A stretch of 64,000 nt of DNA from Rhabdothermincola salaria (GTDB lineage Bacteria; Actinomycetota; Acidimicrobiia; Acidimicrobiales; Acidimicrobilacustridaceae): the NCBI RefSeq assembly GCF_021246445.1, contig NZ_JAJQXW010000001.1, forward strand, positions 1,444,168 to 1,508,167. Reading direction: 5' to 3'. The first letter of the stretch is position 1, and every line of letters starts with the position of its first letter. Positions 40,714 to 50,851 of this stretch are shown piece after piece. The notes under the pieces were generated by a model. The model made no database searches and was not told the DNA's origin. It was given only the letters and a program-made list of their open reading frames with translations. The translations under genes and the position numbers were made by a program.

Positions 40714-43700
40714 TCAACGGAAGTCCCGGGAGGACGGCACCGCGGCGGTGAGCGGAAGGGGTTCGAGCTTGTCGGCCACCACGTTGGTGACCCCTTCGGC
40801 CCGTTCGAGGCGGCCCCGCACCAACATGGCGGGGGCGGTGCGGGCCACCCGGCGGTAGCGGGCCCAGCAACCCTGGGAGACCACGACGTTGATCAGCCCG
40901 GTCTCGTCCTCCAGGTTGAGGAACGTGGTACCCCCGGCGGTGGCAGGCCGCTGGCGGTGGGTGACCACCCCGCCCACCAGCACCCGGCTGCCGGGCTCGA
41001 CGCCGGCCAGACCGGTGGCGGTGACCACCCCCCGCTCGGCGAGCTGGTGGCGCACGAACCGGGTGGGGTGGCCGTCGGGAGCCACCCCGGTGGCCCACAG
41101 GTCGGCGGTGGCGACCTCACGGTCGCTCATGCCGGGCAGCGGTGGGGCCTCCACTCCGGTGACCACCCCGGCCAGGCGATCGGCCCCGCCCTGGGCCACC
41201 GCGCCGGCCGCCCACAGGGCCCGGCGGCGGTCGAGGGGCCGACCCGTGCCGTCGTCGAGGCGGGCGAACACCCCGGCGGTGGCCAGCGCCTCGAGGGTGT
41301 CGCGAGACAGCGCCACCCGGCGGGCCAGGTCCTCCATGGAGGTGTACGGGCCGTGGGCGTCGCGCTCGGCCACGATGGTGTCGGCCAGGTCGCCGCCCAC
41401 CGTGCGCACCGACGACAACCCGAGGCGCACCGCCGGTTGGGGCACGTCGCGACCGCCCCGGGGCAACAGGGCGGGGTCGTCGTCGGCCGGGGGGTGAGGA
41501 TCGGGGCGGTCGTCGTCGGGCGGGCCCTGCGGGCGGCACGGGGCGGCCTCGCCGTCCACCCACTCGAGCGAGGCGCCGGCCCGCGACGCGTTGAGGTCGG
41601 GGGTGCGCACCTCCACCCCGTGGCGGCGGGCGTCGGCCACCAGGGTGTGGGGGGCGTAGAAGCCCATGGGTTGGGCGTCGAGGAGCCCGGCGCAGAACGC
41701 CGCCGGGAAGTACCGCTTGAGGTACGAGCTGGCGTAGACCAGGTAGGCGAACGACACCGAGTGGCTCTCGGGGAACCCGAAGTTGGCGAAGGCGGCGAGC
41801 TTGTCGTAGATGCGATCGGCCACCTCGCCGGTGATGCCCCGTTCGGCCATGCCGTCGTAGAGGCGGGCCCGCAGGCGCTCCATGCGCTCGCGGCTGCGCT
41901 TGGAGCCCATGGCCTGGCGGAGCTGGTCGGCCTCGCCCGCGCTGAACCCGGCCACGTCAATGGCCATCTGCATGAGCTGCTCCTGGAACAGCGGGACGCC
42001 GAGGGTCTTGGCGAGGGACCCCTCGAGCAGCGGGTGCAGGTAGGTGACCGGCTCGGTGCCATTGCGCCGCCGGATGTAGGGGTGCACCGACCCGCCCTGG
42101 ATGGGGCCGGGGCGGATGAGGGCCACCTCCACCACCAGGTCGTAGAAGGTGCGGGGCTTGAGCCGGGGCAGGGTGGCCATCTGGGCCCGGCTCTCCACCT
42201 GGAACACCCCGATGGAGTCGGCCGCGCACAACATGTCGTAGACGGCGTCGTCCTGGGGGATGGTGGCCAGGTCGACCTCGAGGCCGTGGGCGCCGGCCAC
42301 GAAGTCGGCGCCGCGGTGCAGGGCGGTGAGCATGCCCAGGCCGAGCAGGTCGAACTTCACCAGGCCGGCCGCCGCGCAGTCGTCCTTGTCCCACTGCAGC
42401 ACCGTGCGACCTTCGTGGCGGGCCCACTCGACCGGGCACACCTCGATGACGGGTCGGTCGCACAGCACCATGCCCCCGGAGTGGATGCCGAGGTGGCGGG
42501 GGGCGTGCTCGACCTGGGCGGCCAGCTCGAGCACGGCCTCGGGGATGCCGTGGTCGGGCACCTCGGCGCTCTTGGCGACACCGCTCCAGCGGTCGACCTG
42601 CTTGGCCCAGGCGTCCTGCTGGCCGGGGGCGTAGCCCAGGGCCTTGGCCATGTCGCGCACCGCCGAGCGGCCCCGGTAGGTGATGACGTTGGCGACCTGG
42701 GCGGCGTAGCGGCGCCCGTAGCGCTCGTAGACGTACTGGATGACCTCTTCGCGCCGACCCGACTCGATGTCGACGTCGATGTCGGGCGGTCCGTCGCGCT
42801 CGGGCGACAGGAAGCGCTCGAAGAGCAGCCCGAGGGCCACCGCGTCGGCCTTGGTGATGCCGAGGGCGAAGCACACCGCCGAGTTGGCCGCCGAGCCCCG
42901 CCCCTGGCAGTAGATGCGTTGCCGGCGGCAGAACTCGACGATGTCCCACACGATGAGGAAGTAGCCGGGGAACCCCAGCTGGGCGATGACGTCGAGCTCG
43001 TGGTCGATCTGGGTCCACGCCCGGTGGCTGCCGGCACCGCCACGGGGCCCGTAGCGGTGCTCGGCCCCGGCCTCGGTGAGACGACGCAGCAGACCCATCT
43101 CGTCGAGGCCGTCGGGGCAGGGGTAGGGCGGCAGCGCCGGGGCGACCAGGTGCAGGTCGAACGCACAGTCGCGGCCGAGCTCCGCCGCCCGTTCGACCAC
43201 CCCGGGGAAGCGGGCGAAGCGACGGGCCATCTCGACCCCCGAGCGCAGGTGGGCGCCGGCCGCGGCCGGCAGCCACCCGTCGAGTTCGTCGAGGCTGCGG
43301 CCAGCCCGCACCGCGGCGATGGCGGTGGCCAGCGGCCGTTGGGCGGGGGCGGCGTAGTGGGCGTTGGTGGTGGCCACCGGGTCGAGGCCGGCGCGCACGG
43401 CGAGAGCGGCGAGAGCGTCGTTGCGCGCCGAGTCGAGGGGGTGGCCGTGGTCCCACAGCTCGACGGCCACGTGGTCGCGCCCGAAGGTGTCGACCAACTC
43501 ACCGAGGCGGCGGGCGGCACCGGCCGGGCCCTCGGTCTCGAGGGCGGCGGGCACCGCTCCCTTGCGACACCCGGTGAGCACCAGCCAGTGGCCCTGGTCG
43601 GCGAACGGCGCCCCGGTGCCGCCGATGCCGCAGAGGTCGGCCGGGGTGAGACGGGGACCCCCCTTCTCGCCCCGGAGTTGGGCTTCGCTGATGGCCCGGG

Positions 43701-44193
43701 CCAGCAGGGCGTAGCCCCGGGGGTCGCGGGCCAGCACCACCAGGTGGCGTTCGTCGGTGCCGGCCCCGGGGTCGGGCTCGCCCACCGGCACCCCCCGGCG
43801 CCCGAGGGTGAGCTCGCTGCCGAAGATGGTGGGCAGCCCCAAGGCCCGGGCCGCCTCGGCCGCTCGTACCACCCCGTAGAAGCCGTCGTGGTCGGTGACG
43901 GCCAGGGCCTCGAGGCCGAGGCGAGCCGCTTCCTCGGCCATGGCCTCGGGCGAGCAGGCCCCGTCGAGGAAGCTGAAGTGGGTGTGGGCGTGCAGCTCGG
44001 CATAGGGCACCGATCCCCGCGATCGACCCGGGGCGGCGGGTGGTTCGTAGGTGGGGCGCTTCCGAGACCAGGCCGGGCTGTCGCCCCCGTCACCGGGGAA
44101 GAAGGGCCGTCCCCGACCTCCCGCGGGCGCAGGCGCGTCGCCGAGGCGCCGCTCCAGCTCGCTCCAAGGCACCGGCGGGTTCCTCCACCCCAT
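40714..44193 (-). CDS. dnaE2: Error-prone DNA polymerase DnaE2 (ImuC)
   Basis: YAELHAHTHFSFLDG PHP domain, GRGSAANS, PPDIDVD, C-terminal SRDFR. Confidence 0.96.
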   Translation of the reverse strand: MGWRNPPVPWSELERRLGDAPAPAGGRGRPFFPGDGGDSPAWSRKRPTYEPPAAPGRSRGSVPYAELHAHTHFSFLDGACSPEAMAEEAARLGLEALAVTDHDGFYGVVRAAEAARALGLPTIFGSELTLGRRGVPVGEPDPGAGTDERHLVVLARDPRGYALLARAISEAQLRGEKGGPRLTPADLCGIGGTGAPFADQGHWLVLTGCRKGAVPAALETEGPAGAARRLGELVDTFGRDHVAVELWDHGHPLDSARNDALAALAVRAGLDPVATTNAHYAAPAQRPLATAIAAVRAGRSLDELDGWLPAAAGAHLRSGVEMARRFARFPGVVERAAELGRDCAFDLHLVAPALPPYPCPDGLDEMGLLRRLTEAGAEHRYGPRGGAGSHRAWTQIDHELDVIAQLGFPGYFLIVWDIVEFCRRQRIYCQGRGSAANSAVCFALGITKADAVALGLLFERFLSPERDGPPDIDVDIESGRREEVIQYVYERYGRRYAAQVANVITYRGRSAVRDMAKALGYAPGQQDAWAKQVDRWSGVAKSAEVPDHGIPEAVLELAAQVEHAPRHLGIHSGGMVLCDRPVIEVCPVEWARHEGRTVLQWDKDDCAAAGLVKFDLLGLGMLTALHRGADFVAGAHGLEVDLATIPQDDAVYDMLCAADSIGVFQVESRAQMATLPRLKPRTFYDLVVEVALIRPGPIQGGSVHPYIRRRNGTEPVTYLHPLLEGSLAKTLGVPLFQEQLMQMAIDVAGFSAGEADQLRQAMGSKRSRERMERLRARLYDGMAERGITGEVADRIYDKLAAFANFGFPESHSVSFAYLVYASSYLKRYFPAAFCAGLLDAQPMGFYAPHTLVADARRHGVEVRTPDLNASRAGASLEWVDGEAAPCRPQGPPDDDRPDPHPPADDDPALLPRGGRDVPQPAVRLGLSSVRTVGGDLADTIVAERDAHGPYTSMEDLARRVALSRDTLEALATAGVFARLDDGTGRPLDRRRALWAAGAVAQGGADRLAGVVTGVEAPPLPGMSDREVATADLWATGVAPDGHPTRFVRHQLAERGVVTATGLAGVEPGSRVLVGGVVTHRQRPATAGGTTFLNLEDETGLINVVVSQGCWARYRRVARTAPAMLVRGRLERAEGVTNVVADKLEPLPLTAAVPSSRDFR

Positions 44194-44205
44194 GCGACCA
44201 TGCTA

Positions 44206-44221
44206 GCGAACAGACGTTCGC
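44206..44221. promoter_or_regulatory. LexA SOS box upstream of dnaE2
   Basis: GCGAAC-AGAC-GTTCGC next to the minus-strand -10 TAGCAT, which lies 6 nt before ATG. Confidence 0.88.
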
Positions 44222-44236
44222 CTTCCGAAGGCGAAG

Positions 44237-45209
44237 CGTCCTCGGGTGGTGGTGCCGGGTGACCCGAACGACGTCACCGCGCTCAGCGGCAGCCGATCAA
44301 GGAGTTGGCGCCACGACCGGTGTTGATCGCATACACGCACACCGGCAGACCACGCCCATCGATCGCCAACGTCCGCGAGAACCCGTGCGCCGACCCATAC
44401 CCCGGGAACGCCGCACCCACATCAGGCCGCGACCGATCCGCCGTCAACGCGAACCCGCTGCCCCCCACGTACACGTGCACATCGATCGGCGCCGCCGTAT
44501 CCGGATCCAACGCCCAACCAGCCACCCTCACCTCGGACCCCGAACGCGTCACCACATCGAGCGAACCGAACGGCGACCCCGACGGCACCACCACCGTGCG
44601 ACACCCCAACAAGGTGGTCGAACCACGACCCACGTTGATCGCGTACGCACACACCCGCTGAGCCCCCGGCGACGCCGACAACGTCCGCGAGAACCCGTGC
44701 GCCGACCCATACCCCGGATACGCCGCCCCCACATCGCTACGCGTGCGATCCGCGGTCAACGCCGTCCCCCGACCCCCCACGTACACATGCACCGGAATCG
44801 ACGCCGCCGTATCCGGATCCAACGCCCAACCAGCCACCCTCACCGACCCCGGACCCGCCGACACCACATCGAGCGAACCGAACGGCGACCCCGACGGCAC
44901 CACCACCGTGCGACACCCCAACAACGAGTTCCCACCCGACCCCACGTTGATCGCGTACGCACACACCTGGTGAGAACCACCCGACGCCGGCACCGACACC
45001 GAGAACCCGTGCGCCGACCCATACCCCGGGAACGCCGCACCCACATCCGACCGCGACCGATCCGCTCGCAGGGGGTACCCCCTTCCGTCCACGTACACGT
45101 GCACGTCGATCGACGCCGCCGTATCCGGATCCACCGCCCAACCAGCCACCCTCACCGACCCCGGACCCCCCGACACCACATCCAACGACCCCACCGGCGA
45201 CCCCGACGG
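44237..45209. repeat. Copy 1 of ~0.97-kb direct duplication (copy 2 at 47003-47975)
   Basis: Offset 2766 bp; first mismatch found at 45134; alternative-frame ORFs are identical in both copies. Confidence 0.93.
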
Positions 45210-46919
45210 CACCACCACCGTGCGACACCCCAACAACGAGTTGCCACCCGACCCCACGTTGATCGCGTACGCACACACCTGGTGAGAACCACCCGACGCC
45301 GGCACCGATGCCGAGAACCCGTGCGCCGACCCGTATCCCGGGAAGTCGTTGCCCACCTCGCTGCGCGGGCGATCCGCCGTCAGCACATGACCCACTCCAT
45401 CCACGTAGACGTGGATGTCGAGCGGGTTCGCGGTCGCAGGATCCAACGCCCAGCCCGACAGCGAAACCGACCGCGGACCGGTCTCCACCCGATCGAGCAA
45501 TCCGATCGGGGAGACGGTGAGGGTGTTGTTCCACGCCAGCACCTTGTCGACGTGCAGGAACCGTTGCCCCTGGCTGGTGCACTCCCCGTTGCCGTCGCAG
45601 TTCGAGTTGCTGGGGTAAGCCGAGTAGGGCGGGTTCCATGCGTGGTACGCCATGCGCAGCTGACCGTCGGCATCGACGAAGAGGCTCCCCCCGCCTGCAC
45701 CGTTGCGCTCGTCGTCGTTGGGCACCAACGGGGTGTCACGAGTGCGGACACACGGCCCGGACGGGCCGTCGCAGCGAGCGACACCCATGGCGTAGTTCGA
45801 CGACGCCCAGTCGTTGCCCGAGTAGAGGAGCCAGTAGGTGCCGCCATGGTGCACCATCGAGGGGTTCTCGATGATGGGTCCCTCCCACGGCAGCGCGGTC
45901 TCGAGGAGCAGGGCGGGCCGGGAGGTGGCGAACCCCGTGCCGGTGCTGTTCAGGCGCTGGGACCAGATGCGGGTCTGGCGCCAACCCGTGGGGCTGTTGC
46001 CCCCTTCGGACTTCCAGACGAGGTGGGCACGACCACTCTCGTCCCGGAAGACCTCGGGATCGATGCTGCCCGCGTGGTCGTCGTCGCACACCAGCGGCCG
46101 CGACGCCGTGTCACGGAAGGGACCCTCGGGCGAGGGCCCCGGCGCCGCCGAGATGCACCGACGACCCGGCGTCGAGGTCTCCCACGAGGTGTACGCCACC
46201 CAGGAGTCGCCGAACCGGGCGACACCTGGACCCCACTGGGCCTTGCCCGAGAAGTGCTGTGCTCCACCGAGCGACCACGACGGGGGCACCACGACGGCAT
46301 CGTTGAAATACGGGTCGCCGTTCCACTCGTTCGGATCGTGGGCGTCGCGCGCGTACCAGTTCTCCAGGTCGTCGGACCACATGGCCGGAAGGGTCGGTCC
46401 GCCGGTCGAGGTCGAGTACGCCCAGTACCGGTCGCCGTGGCGGACCACGGTGGGATCGGGGAAGTTCTGGTCGTAGAGCTGCCCCGGCTCGAACCAGGGC
46501 GCGCCGACGTACTGGGGATCGAACGCGCTCGAGGCCATGGGGTCCATGGCCGCCGGCGCCGATCCGGTGCCGGCCGTGGGCTCATCGTCGGTCGGACCCG
46601 GCTGGGGCGAGCTCGACGGGCTCGTGGCGGGCTCGGAGGGGTCCGGTCCTCCCGGGGCCGTCGGCTCGGGATCAGGGGCCTGCTCTGGGCCCGGGGTCGG
46701 CTCCGACGCGTCGGGATCCGGGGTCGGCTCAGGACCCGGTGCCGGTTCGGAGCCGGGTGCCGGCTCCGACGGTGCCTCAGGGGAGGTCGTCGTCGAGGAG
46801 GCCGACGGATCGACCGATCCCTCGGCCGCCGCGTTGCGCACGAGCGGGCTCAGGGTGACCAGGAGCGCCATGACGAGCGCAAGCGCGCCTACCCCACGAG
46901 CCGACCGAACCATCGCCAC
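44283..46919 (-). CDS. Secreted GH43-family glycoside hydrolase with four ~104-aa C-terminal repeats
   Basis: Signal peptide, PE-rich linker, FPDP, WGP, IDP and IENP motifs; repeats PFGSLDVV..VAGWALDPDT..CAYAIN..GCR. Confidence 0.85.
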   Translation of the reverse strand: MAMVRSARGVGALALVMALLVTLSPLVRNAAAEGSVDPSASSTTTSPEAPSEPAPGSEPAPGPEPTPDPDASEPTPGPEQAPDPEPTAPGGPDPSEPATSPSSSPQPGPTDDEPTAGTGSAPAAMDPMASSAFDPQYVGAPWFEPGQLYDQNFPDPTVVRHGDRYWAYSTSTGGPTLPAMWSDDLENWYARDAHDPNEWNGDPYFNDAVVVPPSWSLGGAQHFSGKAQWGPGVARFGDSWVAYTSWETSTPGRRCISAAPGPSPEGPFRDTASRPLVCDDDHAGSIDPEVFRDESGRAHLVWKSEGGNSPTGWRQTRIWSQRLNSTGTGFATSRPALLLETALPWEGPIIENPSMVHHGGTYWLLYSGNDWASSNYAMGVARCDGPSGPCVRTRDTPLVPNDDERNGAGGGSLFVDADGQLRMAYHAWNPPYSAYPSNSNCDGNGECTSQGQRFLHVDKVLAWNNTLTVSPIGLLDRVETGPRSVSLSGWALDPATANPLDIHVYVDGVGHVLTADRPRSEVGNDFPGYGSAHGFSASVPASGGSHQVCAYAINVGSGGNSLLGCRTVVVPSGSPVGSLDVVSGGPGSVRVAGWAVDPDTAASIDVHVYVDGRGYPLRADRSRSDVGAAFPGYGSAHGFSVSVPASGGSHQVCAYAINVGSGGNSLLGCRTVVVPSGSPFGSLDVVSAGPGSVRVAGWALDPDTAASIPVHVYVGGRGTALTADRTRSDVGAAYPGYGSAHGFSRTLSASPGAQRVCAYAINVGRGSTTLLGCRTVVVPSGSPFGSLDVVTRSGSEVRVAGWALDPDTAAPIDVHVYVGGSGFALTADRSRPDVGAAFPGYGSAHGFSRTLAIDGRGLPVCVYAINTGRGANSLIGCR

Positions 46920-47002
46920 CCACCTCCGACCCGTCCACGCATGGGCCCACGCCGCCGAAGTGGCGAATTCTAGCGGGACGGGACCGTCCGGTGTCGTCGC
47001 CC

Positions 47003-47975
47003 CGTCCTCGGGTGGTGGTGCCGGGTGACCCGAACGACGTCACCGCGCTCAGCGGCAGCCGATCAAGGAGTTGGCGCCACGACCGGTGTTGATCGCATAC
47101 ACGCACACCGGCAGACCACGCCCATCGATCGCCAACGTCCGCGAGAACCCGTGCGCCGACCCATACCCCGGGAACGCCGCACCCACATCAGGCCGCGACC
47201 GATCCGCCGTCAACGCGAACCCGCTGCCCCCCACGTACACGTGCACATCGATCGGCGCCGCCGTATCCGGATCCAACGCCCAACCAGCCACCCTCACCTC
47301 GGACCCCGAACGCGTCACCACATCGAGCGAACCGAACGGCGACCCCGACGGCACCACCACCGTGCGACACCCCAACAAGGTGGTCGAACCACGACCCACG
47401 TTGATCGCGTACGCACACACCCGCTGAGCCCCCGGCGACGCCGACAACGTCCGCGAGAACCCGTGCGCCGACCCATACCCCGGATACGCCGCCCCCACAT
47501 CGCTACGCGTGCGATCCGCGGTCAACGCCGTCCCCCGACCCCCCACGTACACATGCACCGGAATCGACGCCGCCGTATCCGGATCCAACGCCCAACCAGC
47601 CACCCTCACCGACCCCGGACCCGCCGACACCACATCGAGCGAACCGAACGGCGACCCCGACGGCACCACCACCGTGCGACACCCCAACAACGAGTTCCCA
47701 CCCGACCCCACGTTGATCGCGTACGCACACACCTGGTGAGAACCACCCGACGCCGGCACCGACACCGAGAACCCGTGCGCCGACCCATACCCCGGGAACG
47801 CCGCACCCACATCCGACCGCGACCGATCCGCTCGCAGGGGGTACCCCCTTCCGTCCACGTACACGTGCACGTCGATCGACGCCGCCGTATCCGGATCCAA
47901 CGCCCAACCAGCCACCCTCACCGACCCCGGACCCCCCGACACCACATCGAGCGAACCGAACGGCGACCCCGACGG
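47003..47975. repeat. Copy 2 of ~0.97-kb direct duplication
   Basis: Matches 44237-45209, including 46 bp beyond the stop codon. Confidence 0.93.
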
Positions 47976-49619
47976 GAGCCCGGACGGGATGACGACGGAC
48001 GACCGCGTCGACGGGGCGCTCGTACCGTTGGAGCTGTTGGCGACGGCGGTGAAGGTGTACGCGACGCCGTTGCTGAGGCCGGTGACGGTGCAGCTCGTCC
48101 CGGAGGACGTGCACGTCGCACCGCCGGGACTGGCCGTGACGACCACATCGGTCACCGGTTCGCTGCCCGCGAACGACGGCGGGAGCCAGGAGACGGACGC
48201 GACGCCGAAGCCCCCGGTGGCGGTCACCGCCCGAGGAGGCGAGGGGACTCCGAGGAGCGCGGCGTCGAGCTGGATCCGGGGGAGCCCGGTCGACGAGAAC
48301 GACGTCGCCACGAGGCTCCCTGTAGTGCGCAGGCGGTCGACGACGTCATCGAGGGCGACGAGAGGATCGGCCTGGCGGAGCAGGGCGACGGCCCCGCTCA
48401 CCATCGGGGTCGCCATCGACGTCCCACTCATCAACGTGAAGCCCGCCACGGGCCAGGACGAGTCGATGGACTGCCCCGGCGCCAGGAGCGTGGTGAGGGT
48501 CGACGCGTTGGAGAAGGAGGCCAGCGCGCCCGAGGTCGACGTCGCCCCGACGCTGACGACCCCGGAGATGCAGGCAGGCTCGGCCATCATGCCGGTGGCC
48601 CCCTGGTTCCCGCTGGCGACGACCGTCGCCACCCCCACGCTGCGGAGCCGATCCACCTGCGTCTTGGTGGCCGACTTGGCCGCATCGCAGTACCCGCTGT
48701 GGAGCTTGTCGGTCCCCAGGCTCAGGTTCACCGCGTCGAGCTCGGCGAACCCGTCGATGCCGGCGTCCTTCTGCTCGTACAACCACTGCATCGCCTCGTT
48801 CAGGTCGGAGTCGTAGGCGAACAGGCACGGCGGGGTGCTGAGACACACTGCGGACGTCAGGCCCTGGGTGAAGACCTGCACCGCGATCACCGAGGCTCCC
48901 GACGCCACCCCGACCCGCTCGGCCGACGGCGACGACGGCCCGCCGACCGCGATGCCGGTCACGTGGGTCCCGTGGCCGCACGCATGCGCGGGGGCCGTGC
49001 AGGGGGAGGCGCTGCCGGGGCCCGTGGAATGGGTGGGGTCCTCTCCCGAGCACAAGCCGGCCATCCCCGACCTCGGCGAGCCGGCGAGGGACCAGCAGGC
49101 CTCGGCGACGACCTTGCCGGCCAGATAAGGGTGGTCCGCCTGCACCCCGGTGTCGAGCACGGCGATCGTGCGACCGGCCCCCGTGCCGCCGGCGGCGAGG
49201 GTGGCCGGCACGCCGATGGACTCCGCCCACGCGCCGGCCGTGACGTAGTTGCGTGCGTTGGGGATGATCTCCTCGACGAAGGGCGACTCCCGCAGCTCGG
49301 CGAGCTCGGCGGCGTCGACCGTCATCGCCACCTGGGGGGCTCGGCCGGCGCTGCGCACCTCGGCCGGTGACGCCGACGGCACGTCGGCCAGCACCTCGTC
49401 GACGACCTCTTCGCCCGGTCGATCGGTCACCACGATGACCTCTGCTTCGCCCGTGGTCGCCACCTCCTCGAGCGCGGCAGGAGCGACCGGCGCAGGAGGC
49501 GAGATCGGCTCCGGCTGGTCTTGGGCCTCGGCCGCACCGATGAGAGGTCCTCCCACGGCCATGACGACCGCCACCACGACGACGCAGAAGCGACGAGCCG
49601 CAGGGGACGTGAGGTTCAC
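47049..49619 (-). CDS. Secreted S8 subtilase with FN3 domain and three C-terminal repeats
   Basis: AVLDTG, HGTHVTG, SGTSMATP triad; FN3 VSWLPP...VTGLSNGVAYTF. Confidence 0.9.
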   Translation of the reverse strand: MNLTSPAARRFCVVVVAVVMAVGGPLIGAAEAQDQPEPISPPAPVAPAALEEVATTGEAEVIVVTDRPGEEVVDEVLADVPSASPAEVRSAGRAPQVAMTVDAAELAELRESPFVEEIIPNARNYVTAGAWAESIGVPATLAAGGTGAGRTIAVLDTGVQADHPYLAGKVVAEACWSLAGSPRSGMAGLCSGEDPTHSTGPGSASPCTAPAHACGHGTHVTGIAVGGPSSPSAERVGVASGASVIAVQVFTQGLTSAVCLSTPPCLFAYDSDLNEAMQWLYEQKDAGIDGFAELDAVNLSLGTDKLHSGYCDAAKSATKTQVDRLRSVGVATVVASGNQGATGMMAEPACISGVVSVGATSTSGALASFSNASTLTTLLAPGQSIDSSWPVAGFTLMSGTSMATPMVSGAVALLRQADPLVALDDVVDRLRTTGSLVATSFSSTGLPRIQLDAALLGVPSPPRAVTATGGFGVASVSWLPPSFAGSEPVTDVVVTASPGGATCTSSGTSCTVTGLSNGVAYTFTAVANSSNGTSAPSTRSSVVIPSGLPSGSPFGSLDVVSGGPGSVRVAGWALDPDTAASIDVHVYVDGRGYPLRADRSRSDVGAAFPGYGSAHGFSVSVPASGGSHQVCAYAINVGSGGNSLLGCRTVVVPSGSPFGSLDVVSAGPGSVRVAGWALDPDTAASIPVHVYVGGRGTALTADRTRSDVGAAYPGYGSAHGFSRTLSASPGAQRVCAYAINVGRGSTTLLGCRTVVVPSGSPFGSLDVVTRSGSEVRVAGWALDPDTAAPIDVHVYVGGSGFALTADRSRPDVGAAFPGYGSAHGFSRTLAIDGRGLPVCVYAINTGRGANSLIGCR

Positions 49620-49702
49620 CGCCGGACCTTATCCCGCTCGACCTCGACACTGACGTAGGCCTGGTTCGACTCCGTGCTGCCCCCGGCCGCAAGATGGAGG
49701 TC

Positions 49703-50236
49703 GTGATCGTCCGGACCTCTGAGCCCGTCCGGGTCGCCGTGTTGGCCGACACCCACCTGCGAGGCTCCGTGGAACGTCTGCCCGTGGTGGTGCGTCGCGA
49801 GCTCGAGGCCGCCGACGTGGTGCTCCACGCCGGCGACGTGCTCGACCGCGGGGCCCTCGTCGACCTGACCCGCCTGGTGGGTGACCGCCCGCTGCACGTC
49901 GTGTTGGGCAACAACGACCACGAGCTGGTCGGGATGCTCCCGGATCGCCTCGAGGTCTCCATCGCCGGTGTGCAGGTGGCCATGGTGCACGACACCGGGG
50001 CCCGAGCCGGTCGGGAGAGCCGGATGCGCCGCTGGTTCCCGACCGCCGATGTGGTGGTGTTCGGCCACAGCCACGAACCGTGGAACGCCGAGGGCCGTGA
50101 CAGCCAACTGCTGTTCAACCCGGGGTCGGCGGTCCAGCGCCGCCGCCAACCTCACCGGACCATGGGCGTGCTGGTCCTGGGAGACGGCGAGATCGTCGAG
50201 CACCGCACGGTCGTCGTCGACGACGAGGACGAGTAG
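49703..50236 (+). CDS. YfcE-like metallophosphoesterase
   Basis: ADTH, HAGD, GNND, FGHSH, NPGS. Confidence 0.9.
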   Translation: MIVRTSEPVRVAVLADTHLRGSVERLPVVVRRELEAADVVLHAGDVLDRGALVDLTRLVGDRPLHVVLGNNDHELVGMLPDRLEVSIAGVQVAMVHDTGARAGRESRMRRWFPTADVVVFGHSHEPWNAEGRDSQLLFNPGSAVQRRRQPHRTMGVLVLGDGEIVEHRTVVVDDEDE

Positions 50237-50260
50237 GCCGGCACCCTCCGACGATGCCAC

Positions 50261-50797
50261 TCAGGCCCCGGCGGGCTCGGTGTCGGGATGCAGGGCGTCG
50301 AGGAGGAACTTCAGATGGCCGGCGATGCGAGGTGACTCGAACTCCCAGCGCACTCCCGTGTCCTGGTCCTCCAGCTCGAAGGTGCGCACCCCCACCCTCG
50401 AGTGCACGGTGACGGCGATGCGATCACGGTCGTAGGCGAAGAGCTGCTCACCGGGCTCGCGACGACCGACGTGGGGCTTGATCCGCCAACCGTAGAGACG
50501 GGTCTTCGACGCCGCCACCAGGCTCTCCCAGGGCACGATGCGCACCTCGCCGCCGGTCTCGCTGACTACGTGTCCGTCGTGGTGCTTCTCGGCGGCGTAG
50601 CCGGCGGCCCCACCGGCCAGACCGAGTGCGGCGCCGAACAAGCCGTCGCCGGCGATGTTGCCCAGCGAGGTGCCGACCGCCGAGCCGCCCGTGACCCCAC
50701 CCGAGGTGCCTCGGGGCTGGAACCAGGCGGCGGCCACGATGGTGTCGCCGTCTCCGACGACGGCCTGGGCCCGGTCGATCAAGTCCTGCTCGCTCAT
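50261..50797 (-). CDS. Hypothetical protein with glycine-zipper-like segment
   Basis: SD GGAG before ATG 50797; MSEQDLIDRAQ...; Gly/Ala-rich helix followed by a beta-rich domain. Confidence 0.7.
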   Translation of the reverse strand: MSEQDLIDRAQAVVGDGDTIVAAAWFQPRGTSGGVTGGSAVGTSLGNIAGDGLFGAALGLAGGAAGYAAEKHHDGHVVSETGGEVRIVPWESLVAASKTRLYGWRIKPHVGRREPGEQLFAYDRDRIAVTVHSRVGVRTFELEDQDTGVRWEFESPRIAGHLKFLLDALHPDTEPAGA

Positions 50798-50817
50798 GTC
50801 GGTCTCCGAGGTAGGTG

Positions 50818-50839
50818 GGTGGTGGTGGTGGTGGTGGTG
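50818..50839. repeat. (GGT)7 microsatellite in the 5' leader of the 50797 gene
   Basis: GGTGGTGGTGGTGGTGGTGGTG. Confidence 0.85.
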
Positions 50840-50851
50840 AGAGCCCCCTTG

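Noticed and set aside
44237..47975. Composite transposon or IS reading of the duplication
   Set aside because: The repeats encode protein domains; no transposase, terminal inverted repeats or target duplication seen.
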